Assembly: GCF_009914755.1 (NCBI RefSeq)
Contig: NC_060940.1
Direction: 5' to 3' (one strand)
Source of the DNA: the human T2T-CHM13v2.0 reference genome, Homo sapiens
DNA: 64,000 nt
Below are positions 1 through 20,220 of the stretch, piece after piece (the first letter of the stretch is position 1; every line of letters starts with the position of its first letter). The notes beneath the pieces were generated by a model, which saw only the letters and a program-made list of their open reading frames with translations, was not told the DNA's origin and did no database searches. The position numbers and the translations under genes are program-made.

Positions 1-941
1 AATTTCATATCAGCCATGCCAGCAGACGTGAAACCTTGCTCTTCTGGCCAAATACTTTTTTACCTGGTCTTGGAAATGCAGCTTTTGGACAGATGTAGTA
101 GCTCATGCTTGTAATCCCAGCACTTTGTGAGGCTGAGGCAGGAGGATCACTGGAGCCTAGGAGATGGAGGTTGCAGTAAACATTGCAACCATTTGAAGAA
201 ACTTGCAGATGAACCTTGTAGCCTAGAAATATTGAAAAAGTTAAGAAAAAGGTATGTCGTGAATGCATAAAATACTAGCATATTTTTATCATTTACCACC
301 ATAAAACATACATAAATCAGTTATAAACAGTTAAAATTTATCAAAAGTTATGCACACAAACACAGTATATGGTGCCAGTCAAGAGAAATGTAAACAAATG
401 TAAAGATGCAGTATTAAGTCATAATTGCATAAATTAATGGGAGCCCACTGTACTACTGTAATAATTCTGTCACCCCTCCCGCTAGTATTGCAGTGCACTC
501 AGGTGTCCAGTGTCCACTTAAAATGCCATGTGACACTAGCCATCTCCACGTGAGCACTTGTCTCTCCTGTAGATTGTGTATCACAGTGAAAAGTAATCTC
601 TTGTGGTTCTCATGTATTTTTCATGTTTAGTGCAATACCATAAACCTGAAGAAGACAACGAAACGTGTATGAAATGCCACTAGTGATGCTGGAAGTGCTG
701 CCAAGAAGCAGAGAAAAGTCTTGACAGTACAAGAAAAAGGTGGATTGATTGATATGTACTGTAGACTGAGGTCTGCAGCTGTGGTTGCCCACCATTTCAA
801 GATAAATTAATCCAGCCTAAGAACCATTGTAAAAAAAGAAAATGAAATTCGCAGTGTCATCACTGCAGGCATGCTAGCAGACATGAAACTTTGCTCTTTT
901 TGCCAAATACCTTTTTATCTAGTCTTGAAAATATAGCTTTT

Positions 942-1095
942 GGCTGGATGTAGTAGCTCATGCCTTTAATCCCAGCACTTTGGTAGACCGAGGCAGGAGG
1001 ATCACTTGAGCCCAGGAGATGGAGGCTGCAGTAAGCCAAGATCACACAACTGCACTCCAGCCTGGAAGCGAGGCTCTGTCAGGGGGGGAAAAAAA
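942..1095 (+). mobile_element. Alu monomer (FAM/FLAM-type) inside Tigger2
   Basis: TSD GAAAATRYAGCTTTT at ~928-941 and 1132-1146. A second partial copy lies at 85-180. Confidence 0.75.
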
Positions 1096-1284
1096 GGAGA
1101 TGAAAGAAGGAAAGAAGGACAGAGAAATAGAGAAAATGCAGCTTTTATGTGGGTGCAGGATATCTATAAGAAAAGCATATCTATAGACTCTAATATGATC
1201 CAAGAAAAACTGATGTCATTATATGACAACCTAAAACGAAAGACTGGTGGAGAATGGTGACTTAAAATTATGAGATCTACAAAT

Positions 1285-2215
<931 letters not shown>

Positions 2216-2952
2216 GAAAACTGTGTCCAGATGTACAACAGGGCCAATCAAGGAAATCATGAAAGAGAGTGTGCCTGTGGCAAAAAAGGTGGGGAATGTA
2301 GGCTTTCAGGATATGGATCTTGGAGAAATTCAAGAGTGAATAGACATCACACCAGAGGAATTAACAGAAGACCACTTGATGGAGATGAGTGTTTTTGAAT
2401 CAGTGCCAGATTATGAGGAAGAGGATGTAGATGCAGTGCCAGAAAATAAGTTGACATTCAACAATCTGGCAGAGGGGTTCTGATTATTCAAGACTACTTG
2501 TGACTTCTTCTACCACATGGACCTTTCTATGGTACGAGCACCAAAACTAAAGCAAATGGTGGAAGAAGGATTGGTAACATAAAGAAACATATTTAGAGAC
2601 ATGAAAAAGCAAAAATGTCAGACAGAAATAATGATGAATTTCTCAGCGTCTGTGTATCTCCTGACTTCCTTCCCATCTCCCCCACCTTTTCTGCCTCTGC
2701 CATCCCTGAGATGACAGGACCAACCTCTTCTTTTCTTCAGCCTACTCAATGTGAAGACGATATGGATGAAAACCTTTATGATGATCCACTTCCATTTAGT
2801 GATAGTGAATACATTCTCTTCCTTATGATTTTATTAGTACTTTTTCTTTTCTGTAGCTTACTGCATTGTAAGAATACAGTATACAATACAAATCACATAC
2901 AAAATATGTGTTGAGTGTTTATGTTATTGGTAAGGCTTCTGGCCAATAGTAG

Positions 2953-3288
<336 letters not shown>

Positions 3289-3758
3289 TATATGTGGATT
3301 TTTGACTGTGTGGGAAGGTCAGCACCCCATCCCCTTCATGGGAACTGTAGTCTCATTAAATCCTCACATGTTGCAAGATTGGTTTATTATCCCCATCTTA
3401 CAGATAAGAAACTTAAAACCCAAGAGATTTTGTACATTGCCCAGAGTCACATCACTGGTGAGTGGCAGAAACTGGAGCCCCCACCCAGACCATCCCTGAC
3501 CTGAGCACAGGTTGCCAAGTGTGGGTGCAGCAGTCAGAGACACTGGGAGATGGTGACCTGCCCTCCATATTGAGGCCACTTATATATCTGGCTTCTGTGA
3601 AACAGCCTTGCTTAGCTCCACCACTCAGTTTTGGTCAAATGAACCACAGCAGGATCATGTGGACTTTCTGAGCACTGGTTTGCATGTATGAGTTGGACTT
3701 GGTGATCTCTTTGAGGTGTGTGGACATACTAAGCTAGTGGAAAAAGTGCTGAACAGAC

Positions 3759-3870
3759 TGGGACCGGTGGCTCACGCCTGTAATCCCAGCCCTTTGGGAG
3801 GCCAAGGCAGGAGGATCTCTTGAGGCCAGCCTGGGCAACATAGTGAGACCTTGTCTCTCCAAAAAAAAAT
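3759..3870 (+). mobile_element. Alu left monomer (FLAM)
   Basis: Alu 5' consensus plus A tail. Confidence 0.8.
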
Positions 3871-4864
3871 TAAAAATTTTTAAAATGGTGAACAAAAACC
3901 CACCTGTGTTCAATCTTGGCTCCTCCCTGGATAATGTACCCACTCCCAAGTGTAGGTGTTGGTAACTCTTGGCAGTACATCTTAAGCCCAGGTAGCACAT
4001 CAACTGGAGTTCCAGACATTTCCCCAGTTGCCGCCTCAGATGTCTCTACCTGGCTGTCCCACAGGTGCCCGTCACTCCACCCGGCATCCCAGCCAGACAC
4101 TTGGGGTCCCTGGGGTACTCCCCGAAAACCCCTTGTTCCTCAAAACCCCCAGACCCACTACCCCTCCAATGTTACCTCTCAGAGCTCTAGCACCCACCAC
4201 TTCTCCCTCTCTGTGCCTCCTCCCCCTGAACTTCCTGCAAACTATCTCCACCCAGTAGCAAAGGAGCTTTTTGAAAAATGGAAATCTGACCACGCTGTCC
4301 CAGTTAAATGTTCTCCCAGGGCTTCCTGGTGTCTTGGGATGAAGATAGCATCTTAAAGCGGCCTCATCCCCTGCCTCTCTATTTTCCTCCCCAGCTCCTA
4401 GGACTCTCTGCCACTGTCCTGGCTCCAGCCACGCTGGCTTGCAGGCGTCATGCTGCCCTGTGTCACAGGCCTTTCCACATAACATTCCTGTGCTTGACAC
4501 ACTCTTCTGCTTCCCCAACTCCCAGCCTTTGCCGAGTTAACCAACTTCTGGTCATGGCTCAACCATCACTTGCTTCCCTAAGGAAGCCTTCTCCAACTTC
4601 CTACACCATGTGTAGAGCTGTGCAGTCCTCTACGGGACCACTGCCACATGGGGCCATTGAGCCCTTGAAATGTGCAACTGCTGCCGAGAACTGGACATTT
4701 TTTATTTTAATTAATTTGAATTTCAAACAAGTCACTAGGTTCAGTTACATTTGAAACAAGGGGATATACATCTATTTTTTCAACTGTGAATACTGTGAAA
4801 TCTAAATATAGATTATTTCCCACAAAATTTAGATCTCAATTGAGAGATGTTTTAAGAGTACACA

Positions 4865-5177
4865 CCGGGCCAGGCACAGTGGCTCATGCCTGTGGTCCCA
4901 GCACTTTGGGAGGTCGAGGTAGGCGGATCACCTGAGGTCAGGGATTTGAGACCAGCCTGGCCAACATGAAGAAACCCTGTCTCTACTAAAACTACAAAAA
5001 AATTAACCGGGCGTGGTGGCAGGCACCTGTAATCCCAGCTACTCCAGAGGCTGAGGCAGGAGAATCGCTTGAACCTGGGAGGCAGGTTTCAGTGAGCTGA
5101 GATCGTGCCATTGCACTCCAGCCCGGGCAAAAACAGCGAAACTCTGTCTCAAAAAACAAAACAAAACAAAACAAAAC
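4865..5177 (+). mobile_element. AluS within a MER33/MER3-like DNA element (~4612-5285)
   Basis: Full dimer with (CAAAA)n tail. Confidence 0.88.
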
Positions 5178-5289
5178 ACTACACCAAATTTCAAAGACTT
5201 AGCACAAAACAGGAATGTCAAGTAGTTCAATAATCATTTTTATACTGATTCCATGTTATGATGGTATTTTAGGTACACTGGCTTTATTT

Positions 5290-5405
5290 ATTAGTAGACA
5301 GGGTCTCGCTCTGTCGCCCAGGCTGGAGACCTACTGAATTCAGGTCATCCTCCCGCCTCAGCCTCCCGAGTTGCTGGGACCACAGGTGCGTGCCACCACT
5401 CCCGG

Positions 5406-5441
<36 letters not shown>

Positions 5442-5561
5442 TAGAGATAGGGTCTTGCCATGTTGCCCAGGGTGCTCTGGAACTTCTGGGCTCAATCGGA
5501 TCTTCCTGCCTAGGCCTCCCAAGTAGCTGGGATTACAGGTGTGAGCCACTGCGCCCAGCCG
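5290..5561 (-). mobile_element. AluJ-like element with expanded central poly-T
   Basis: Alu motifs; T run at 5407-5440. Confidence 0.85.
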
Positions 5562-5574
5562 GTATACTGGCTTT

Positions 5575-6200
5575 AAATGATAAAAATGTTCTGAACATTC
5601 ACCTTCCGGTGTTGGCGCGCGGGGTGTGGCGCGGAGTGACCAGCCCTGCCCGGGCTCCTTTCGGCAGCAGGTGAAGCGGCTGCAGCGCGTTCTTTAACTT
5701 TCCCAGAAAGACCTACAGTTTGTAAAGCGCGTGATCTCATGCATGTCCCAGCCAGCCCAGCAGCTGGGGGTGCAGGGCCACGTCCAGTCTGGGACGCTGC
5801 AGGGGCTTCGCTCCTGGGTCCCACCTCCTGTGCATCCCAGGGCGCAGCGCGACAGTCCGAGGTCCTGCACGCCGTGGGGAGCCGCGCTGGGGGCGCCTCG
5901 GAAGGACGCGGTTCTCCAGCCCTTTCCGTGCCTAAACAGGACCGAGGCTGAGTTTCTTCGCGTGGGTGGAAACTAAAGCGGGGTTGGGGACTGGGCGCCG
6001 GCCACGGGTGCGGTTCCAGCAGCGGGAGCGGGTCCCAGGGCCGGGGGTGGGGGGGGGGGCTCAGGCACAGCGGGGGGCGAGGGCGCAGCGCCCGGAGCGC
6101 AGATCCCAGGGGCCCTCACCGCAGTAGGTGATGGAGGTGTGCAGCAGCGCCACAAAGCGTTCCACAGGGCACACATACAGCAAAGCAGCACGCTGTGAGC
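5575..6200. promoter_or_regulatory. Small CpG island
   Basis: High GC and CpG density; ETS-like CCGGAAG (minus strand) at 5603-5609; G-runs at 6043-6083. Confidence 0.75.
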
Positions 6201-7049
6201 AGTGAAGATATGTAAGTTTGTCAATTAAACTTTCATAAAGCTGGGGAAAACAGAAGAAAAGGAACCATAACAAAAAAAAAAATAAAGCCGAGAAACATTT
6301 AAGAGATTTATTAGTTTGTTTTAAAATAACAGAAGCAAGCCCATTACATGGTAACATAAGTCGCATATTTTTGTGAGAAATGTTTTCCAAAGCAAAAAAA
6401 AAAAAAAACTGGGAAAATGGCGGTGCTTCAGTTGTGCGAGCTGTCATGTCCTAACACAGCTGCATCCTCAGCCCGCTGTCCCCCGGCGAGACGCTCCCAC
6501 TTCCAGTGAAAAGAGATCAATAACGTCTCCTTATTGTCACGAAACATTCTTGACTCGACCTCACTCAGCTGCTGACAGGGTCGTGAAAATCCCAGGGGTC
6601 CCTGGACGGCACAATTGAGTGCCACTGGTTTTTTGGAGAAAAGTTTGGAGGAGTACTGGGGAGTTTGGAGAGGGTCCAGGGAAGGCCTCACCGACCAGTG
6701 GCCTCAGGGCCAGCATCAGAAGGAGCAGCAAGGAGGTAGAGGCAGGGAGGGGGACGTAGGAGCTGCCGCATTCCAGGCACAGGGAACTGCAAGTGTTGAG
6801 GACCCCAGGCAAGTGCACTGAGGAATGAAAGGCCACTGTGGCCAGAGCTGGAGGCAGCAGAAGAGAGGCCCTAGAGGAGGGCAGGGGCCAGAGCACCAGC
6901 GAGGCCAGACAAGGGCCGCGGCCTAGAAGCAAAGGGAAGCCATGGAAGGAGCCTCGGAAAGTGACATCAAGTTTGCATGTTTAAAAGCCACGCTCAAGAA
7001 GTGCTGTCAATCATTAGAGACAGGTATCAGCCAAATAATCACATAAATA

Positions 7050-8115
7050 CTTTTAAAAAACTAAACAATAATTTGGTAATTTCTTGGCTATGACACTAAA
7101 AGCACAGGCAACAAATGAAAAAATAAATTGGACTTTATCAAAATTAAAAAAACCTTTGCACAACAAAGGACACTATCAGAGTGAAAAGACACCCCAAAGA
7201 ATGAGAGAAAATATTTGTGAATGGTTTATCTGATAAGGGTTTAATATCCAGAATATAAAAAGAACTTCTACAATTCAACAACAACAAAAAATCTGATTCA
7301 AAGGACTTGAATAGACATTTCTCCAAAGAAGGTCTATAGATGGCCAATAAGCACACAGAAAGATGCTCAACATCACTAGTCATTACCGACATGCAGATCA
7401 CAAGGAGATGCAACTTCACACTAGGATGCCTGTTTTTTAAGAAACCAATCAACCAACCAACAAAAAAACAGAGTAATGAGGGTGGTCTAGGCTATGGAGA
7501 AATTGAAACCCTTGTACGTATTGCTAGAAGGAATGTAAGGAATCCACAGCAGCTGTGGATACAGTGTGGCAGTTCCTCACACAATTAAACACAGAATGAC
7601 ATTTGACCCAGCAATTCCACTTTTACACACAGAACTGAAACAGAGACTCACACAGATATTTACACACCAATGTTCAAGCAACATTATTGCCAATAGCCCA
7701 TACGTCCATCAGCAGATGAATGGATAAGCAACATGTGGTAAAGACATTCACAGGGAATATTATTCAGCCTTAAAAGGGAAGGAAATTCTGACACATGCTG
7801 CAACTGGACACACCTTGAAGACAGTATGCTAAGTGAAATAAACAAGACACAAAAAGACAAATATTGTATGATTCCATTTGCAAATGTATCTAGAGTAGTC
7901 ACTCAGAGACAGAAAACAGAATGGTGATTGCAGGGGCTGGGGGAAGGAGGGAATGAGGAGATGTTGTTTAATGGGTACAAAGTTTCAGTTTGGGATGATG
8001 GAAAGGCTCTGAAGATGGCTGCAACAGCACTGTGAAGGTAATTAATGCCACCGACTCATACAATTAAAAATTGATAAAATAAGTTTTATTATGCATATTT
8101 TATCACAAAACAAAA
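7050..8115 (+). mobile_element. L1MB-like ORF2 end and 3' UTR
   Basis: AATAGACATTTCTCCAAAGAAG, GACCCAGCAATTCCAC, AATGGGTACAAAGTTTCAGTTTGGGATGATG. Confidence 0.85.
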
Positions 8116-9317
8116 ATTGGAAAAAACCAACACACACAAAAAACAAACCCACCCCTCCCCCACAAAAAAGTTACAGGACAGGCCACCTGATCTAAATGTA
8201 TGACACATCCTTCTCTCTCTACATGCCAGTTGGCAGCCTTATTTTAGAATGTCCAAACTTTGCTTAAGAAAAGACTTAAAAGATTCCTCCAAATACCCAC
8301 CCAACCAAAGTTTATCTGATTTTCAATAATAAGGTACCATCCCCAAATATGAAATTCTAAGTCTCATAATAAAACACCTTTGGCATTTAAATGTCCAACA
8401 TCTTAACCTTTTGTCTTGTTAAAGGATTATAAAAATGTTCAATACTTTAAAACCATGAAATAAACTAGGTAAAACTAAGAAGACACAAATAAAATACAAT
8501 GTCCTTGCTGAAGACTCTGAATAATGGCTTTAAGAAATACCTGAGTCTGGCAAAATACTAGACACTAGAAGTCAGTACCAAGGGCAATTAAATCGATGCT
8601 CTTTTCCCGTCAGCGGGGTAAGCTCTGAAGCCTCCAGAGAGCTGAATCAGACCCGGTGGCTTTCCTGTTTGCTCAAACATTTATTTCTGAAATGGCAGCC
8701 ATGTCACCAAATGATAATACTTAAAGCAAGTTCACAGGTTTTGTTAAAAAAAGAAAACAATCTAGTACATCCACAAATAGGAAACCAAACACACCTGAAC
8801 ACATCTATGATTAAATAAGAATATTTAATGGCATGGAAAGATACGTACACTATAGGTTCAATATGTTTTCAAAACATACCCAGCACCTATGGCTGCCTGT
8901 GCATAGTAAAAAGATAGAAAGGTATAACAGAATAATTTTTACAATTTACAAAGTTTAATGCAATTGAGAAAGGTTTCTATAAAAATTGTTAAAATAGTTC
9001 AGAGGGCAAATGCTTACTTTGCATAGCAATGCTTCGGTTACCTGGAATGCCCTCCCTTCTTTCTTCCAAGCAATTTTATGCCGCACGATGCTCAGTGGCT
9101 CTACTCTAAGTGCCAACAAGGTGAACAACCCAGTTCCTGCTCTCACGGAACTCACATTCTGGTGGAATTTATTTTTGCAACATACTTGTGACAATATCAA
9201 ATTAATAAGCCATTAGTATTGAAAAGTAATTTACACACTCTCCAGTCTGGTCCTTATTTTGATATATGTCTTCCTATGAGATGGATGCAAACTCACAGCA
9301 AAAACTATGTGTATACA

Positions 9318-9644
9318 TATAGCCACATGCTGCACGACGTTCAGTCAAGGATGGACCACATATACGGCAGTGGTTCCACAATATTGTATTTTTGCTATGC
9401 CTTTTCTATGTTTCGATACACAAATGTTTACCACTCTGTTACAACTGCCTACAGTAGTCAGTACAGTCACATGCTGCCCAGGTTTGTAGCCTAGGAGCAA
9501 TAGGCCATACCATAGAGCCCAGGTGCACAGTAGGCTGTACCATCTAGGTTTGCGTGTCACTCTATGATGTTTACACAATGACAAAATTGCCTAAATGATA
9601 CATTTCTCAGAATATATCCCCATCCTTAACTGATGTGTGACTGT
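9318..9644. mobile_element. Tigger3/MER7-type non-autonomous DNA transposon
   Basis: GGTTTGTAGCCTAGGAGCAATAGG..TAGGCTGTACCATCTAGGTTTG; ends GACTG+TA. Confidence 0.8.
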
Positions 9645-10460
9645 ATTTTACTAACCTGGCCAGGTGGAACCTTCACAAATAAAAATTCTACATAGAAAAT
9701 GCTATTTATTGTTTCTTTCAGACATTAGAGATTCCTTAACTTTAGTTTTAAATAATCTTGATATACAAACTTTTTATTTCCCTTGTTCTCCAAATATGAT
9801 AAACCAAGATTTTTAATATTAACAGGTATGACTTCTGCCTACATACATTGTCTTTGGAAAAGGCAATTATCTGCAACTGTAATTAAACATTCTTTTATTT
9901 CCCCCATTGCTAAACAATTTCACTCTTCTGGCTAAAATATAAAACCATACAATTATAAATACTTATTTGCAAGGCTTCTCTTTGAACAAATTTGCTTGTT
10001 GTATAAGACACTTGCTGATCACCTTGTAAGCTACTTAAAACATGGTATGACTTAGAGTGCCTTGTATATTTTAGTTGAATTATAGTTTTGCATTTTAAAA
10101 TATATCAATTATGCTATATAACAAATTAGTTTTAAATTATAATTGTTATGGGCTTACTATGTGTCAGTCCCCAGGCCTATCAGCATACTGGATGATCAAA
10201 TTCACAATAGCTCTTGAGGAATAGAGGAAAATGTACACCCAGAGTTGCTCAGAGAGGTCTGGGCATGTTCCAATTGTCACTTCCCAAGTGGACCCAGCCA
10301 TGACAGGATTTTCACATCCTCTTCCCTTCTTATGGAGATACAAAGCTGAGCACCTGTCTGCTGACAACTTTAGGTTTTTAGAGAGCCTCTCAGACTAGGG
10401 CCAACTGCTCATAATCCTGCCGACCCTCTTTGGCCCCTATGATGTTGTAAAGGCAATGTG

Positions 10461-11169
<709 letters not shown>

Positions 11170-11628
11170 GGCAATGTAGCTAGGCAGGTATAATGCATGA
11201 GCATAATATGGGAAGCCTATCTCACTGATACATACAATTTCCTTGGTCTCTGCACATGAGACAACAATCTCCTAAGTCTAAAGCTTTAAAAAAGTACTTA
11301 CTGTTACCTTGTCACTATACTAATGTGCAGAACATATGACATAAGATAGAAAATGTCCACGAGGGCCAGTGATCAAAGGAACCCATAGATCCCAGGTGCA
11401 TAGTAGGCTGTACCATCTAGGTTTGTGTGTCACTCAAACAAAAAACACAATAAAAACACTACACACTCTTCTCTAAAATTTTGCATGAGAGCTGAGGGTT
11501 CAAGTGAATATTTCTTTCTCTTCTGGAAGACTCCTCATGAAGGTGGTAGCATAAATAATTATCCACAAAGAATTGTCAGGCATTCATCCCTAATGAAAAC
11601 TACTAAGCCAAAACTAACAAAAAAAAAA

Positions 11629-11634
11629 TTTAAT
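11629..11634 (-). terminator. Candidate poly(A) signal ATTAAA in the BMS1P 3' UTR
   Basis: Minus-strand ATTAAA about 290 nt after the stop codon, followed by a U-rich/GU tract. Confidence 0.45.
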
Positions 11635-11917
11635 GGTATTTTTGCAGGACAAAATAATTAAACTGAGGCAGGCAGAGGAAAGTAAGAGAATCCACACAAC
11701 CACAGCTTACATCACTTTAAATCTCAACAGCCCCAAGTGATGAGAATGAACCCGGTCCAAGTAGTTCAGGCTTCTCTGTTCCTCTTGCAGGCACAGTTTG
11801 TGTAGAGACATCTCTTGAGTTCTTGCCCACTGACTTGTCATTCACAGGCATTCAAACTGTGATGTTTGAAACTGTCCACCTCTGCAGATCCAGGGACAGT
11901 CCCTCCAGTCCAAAGGC

Positions 11918-12148
11918 TCACTGAAACTGGCCCTCAGCCCCCTTCAAACTGGACTTCTGGTTTCTTCTTTCCTTCTGCCCCTGAATTTGGAAGAGCTTCT
12001 TCCTGAGGTCCTTCTGCCGCTTCAGCTTCTCCTCCTCCTCCTTCTGCTTGGCTCTGAAGTGCTCTTTATTGTGCAGGTGCCGCTGCTCCTTGGCCTTCTT
12101 CATCTTCTGACTGTGCACCATACTCAGAGCATCCAGCAGTGCGAGGAT
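11918..12148 (-). pseudogene. BMS1P: BMS1P last coding exon ILALLDALSMVHSQKMKK...KSSLKGAEGQFQ*
   Basis: CTTGTCAG acceptor; TGA at 11918-11920; matches the recalled BMS1 C-terminus. Confidence 0.95.
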
Positions 12149-12591
12149 CTGACAAGGACAAAAGCCGGTGAGTATCAGAATGCTCTCAGCCACCACACAC
12201 TCACATCCTAAGCACTAAGACTAGAGGCAACCCACGATCCAAATGAATATTAACCGCATGAAAATGCATCCTGCGCTAGGAAGTCATTGTTGGCATGGAG
12301 ACACAAGTGTGATCGCATTTTACCTTTACTACCTCTGTTCATCATTCTGTGGACACTGTGTGCAGCTAACCAAGACAGAAGGGTTCCCCAGTCATGTGCC
12401 TGTTATACCCCATCAAAAGAACAGGGCAGAGCAGGACCAGGCAAAGGAAGGGAAATTGACTCCAGCTCTTCCTCTGACTTTAGTTCCAGTGCCCTGAATA
12501 ACTGAGACTGCAGTAGAAACAGGAAGTGTGCTACTGAGAGTGTTCTTTTCCTATCTAAATGCAGCGTGCAGTACGGCATGGGCGACAGTAC

Positions 12592-13057
<466 letters not shown>

Positions 13058-13442
13058 CTGAAAAGAAAAATAAAGACTGTGACATATTCAAATTATGATC
13101 AATGTGCATTTAAAACTTCTGCATAAAATCTTCTCATTGGGTTGACTTTTCCACAAGATCAGTAACACCAGAGTCTGCTGGCCCTGAGAAATCAGGACTC
13201 AATCATCCGCCAAGTATGAACTGCCTCAGTGGACACCCAAATTCTCACTAAACAGTAAACAGAGGTACAGAGAGCTTATACTTACAACTCTCCCCCCGAA
13301 ACCCACTGTGTCTATTTCTATGGTATGGAACTATGTCTCAACAGAACAGATGAACAGATCCCAGTTTCTTTTCATGGAAATTTCAGGCCTTGTCTTTGGG
13401 CCACTAAGGTGCTTAGTTCTCAGGCTAACAAAAATAATCTAG

Positions 13443-13835
<393 letters not shown>

Positions 13836-13948
13836 TAAGAAGTTTAAGTTGGTATTCTATTTCTGATGGAAGGTTGGCTAAAAGAAGGGAGACTCAAACA
13901 ACAGATGAAGACAAAATACTCTGTACTGAATTTTCAACATAATCTTAA

Positions 13949-14189
<241 letters not shown>

Positions 14190-15424
14190 TAACTGCCTCA
14201 TAAATACTGTTAATATATTGAAAGTTTTGCCCTAAGCTTTTTATTAAAGTCAACTATATAGAAAAAGTTTCTCCTGTCTTGAAATGTATTATTAAAGACA
14301 TCATCCCTAATAATATTCCATATTCTCTGTTTAGGAACCCCAGTTGTTTTCAAATTCAAGAATTCAGAGAAATCTACTTGTTACAAAAGAGTAGAATGGA
14401 TAATGGGCACCACATCCGGAAGTGTATTTTAATAAAAATTCATGTAAGATGGTTCAAAATTTCATTAACTACTTTATATAAAAAGAAATGCCTGGGAGAC
14501 TTCTGTTTCTAGCAGAGTGGCAGAGTGATGCCTTGAACAACCCTCTTATTACAAAACTGAATACTCCACATGAAAACAAATCTTTTCAAATGCATTGTTA
14601 AGCTGTGAAGAGAAAAACAAAAGTTCTAAGAAACCAAAATCTAAATGAAAACACAAGTCCAGGCAGGCACTGAAAACTTAAAAAAAAAAAAAAACTCAAG
14701 AGGCCAATTGTTGGCAAGCATGTGGAACAGCAGGAACTCTTTAAGCTGCTGCTGGTGGTGGAGGCCAAGCCACTGTGCTCCCAGAACACGACACAGAACC
14801 CTCCACACTGAAGCAGAGCACAGGTGCCCTGGAGTCTCCACCCCACCCAGGGAACCCCAGCAGAAGTGCGTGTGCCCCTGCATACCTGCAAGTCCCATAT
14901 CCAGACCTAGTGTTCAGGGCCGTGGGATAACAGCCAAAAATAGGAAATCACTTTACTCATCAATGGAAAAATGGTGACACAGTCATATAATGGAACTCAA
15001 CAATGACAATAAATCAGTATCTGCCATAGACAAGAACACAGATGTATTCTGTAATACTGAACCAAAGAAGCCAGGTTAAATAGAATATGCTGTATTTTAT
15101 AGAAGTCAAAACCAGGTAGAACAAATCTACATCAGGAACTGGGAAAGTAGCTATTTTGTGGGTTGGGGCAGCAGTGCCTGGGAGAGGCCACAGGTCAAGG
15201 CTACTGCTTGGTCCAGGGCGTGGCAGCCTGGTGTGCTATAGTTCATCTAGATGCACACTTATGATTTGGGCACTCTTCTGTATGGACATTAACATTTCAA
15301 TAAAAAGCTTATTAAAACATTAAAGCTTTCAGAAAAATCCACATTGCTTCAGTAGAAATTAGCACATTAACATTTAAAAAAATACATGTATACGGTGGGG
15401 GAAAAAATAGTTCAAAAGAGTACC

Positions 15425-19285
<3,861 letters not shown>

Positions 19286-19501
19286 GAAAAGTTTGTCTTC
19301 AATCCAGAAAGAACCACTATTACCCTTTTTTGGTGTTCCATTCCAAAATATCCCACAAATATACAATTGTTCAATCAAATTTAACGTTAGACTTTATACT
19401 CGAATATTCAAAGTACATAAGAAATTATAGAAAAGTGTCTGTGTGACTCCCTGTCTGTAGAGCACAGCCTTCATCTCCACTAACACACACACGACCAGTA
19501 C

Positions 19502-19677
19502 CTTATACAGAGAGTCCTTGTTTGCCTTTAGTCTGACACCATGGGTGAGCCTGAGTTGGCCCGTGGTCCACGTTCTTGACCAGGTGTCCTTCTCACCCAC
19601 TGGTTTCAACAAAGATGTTACTGGGTTATAGAAGGCTGGGATGGAAACAGGATACCAAGTTCGCGTGAAGACAATAT
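19502..19677 (-). pseudogene. BMS1P: BMS1P exon DIVFTRTWYPVSIPAFYNPVTSLLKP...KANKDSLYK with mutated acceptor
   Basis: Acceptor reads TTTTCGG instead of TTTTCAG; AAG|GTACT donor; 176 nt. Confidence 0.93.
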
Positions 19678-20020
19678 CCGAAAAGAGGTAATTTACTTCA
19701 ACATTTTCAAAGGAAGATTCATATCCATACTGCAAAGAAACAAAAGAACAAAACCTTCACTCCAAACTTCTCTACCTGGCTGCAAAGTATTTGAAGGGAA
19801 AGCTCGCTAAGGAAACTATTCTCATAGATCACAGAACTGTTACTGGGTGTGGCCAGGGGACTGCAGACACAAAGCGAATGGGCACACCGCATAAGACTGG
19901 GAGATCTAAGGCTGGAGCTGCTCAACTCTCTGGAGACCTGACTCCAGCCTCTCGTCACACTGGCTAGAAGTCAAGCATGAATGGTAATACCCTGCCCTGA
20001 ACACTACTTAAGACACTCAC

Positions 20021-20168
20021 CGCTCATCAGCAGCTTATCCTCAAAGCTGGCCTGGAAAGCTCCTTCTGGAGCTCAGAGTGCTTTCTTGATCTGCCCCCTT
20101 ATCCCACTGACAGTTTGAATCACAGCACCTTCAAATTTGGCCACTTCCAAGGCAGAATTAAATATTCC
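20021..20168 (-). pseudogene. BMS1P: BMS1P exon [48 protein letters not shown] with premature stop
   Basis: CTGTAG acceptor, GCG|GTGAGT donor, 148 nt; in-frame TGA at 20073-20075. Confidence 0.94.
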
Positions 20169-20186
20169 CTACAGGTATAGCAAGAT

Positions 20187-20187
<1 letters not shown>

Positions 20188-20217
<30 letters not shown>
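20188..20217. repeat. (CA)n microsatellite near the BMS1P acceptor; others at 17030-17052 (CA) and 57760-57793 (GA)
   Basis: Read directly from the sequence. Confidence 0.9.
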
Positions 20218-20220
<3 letters not shown>

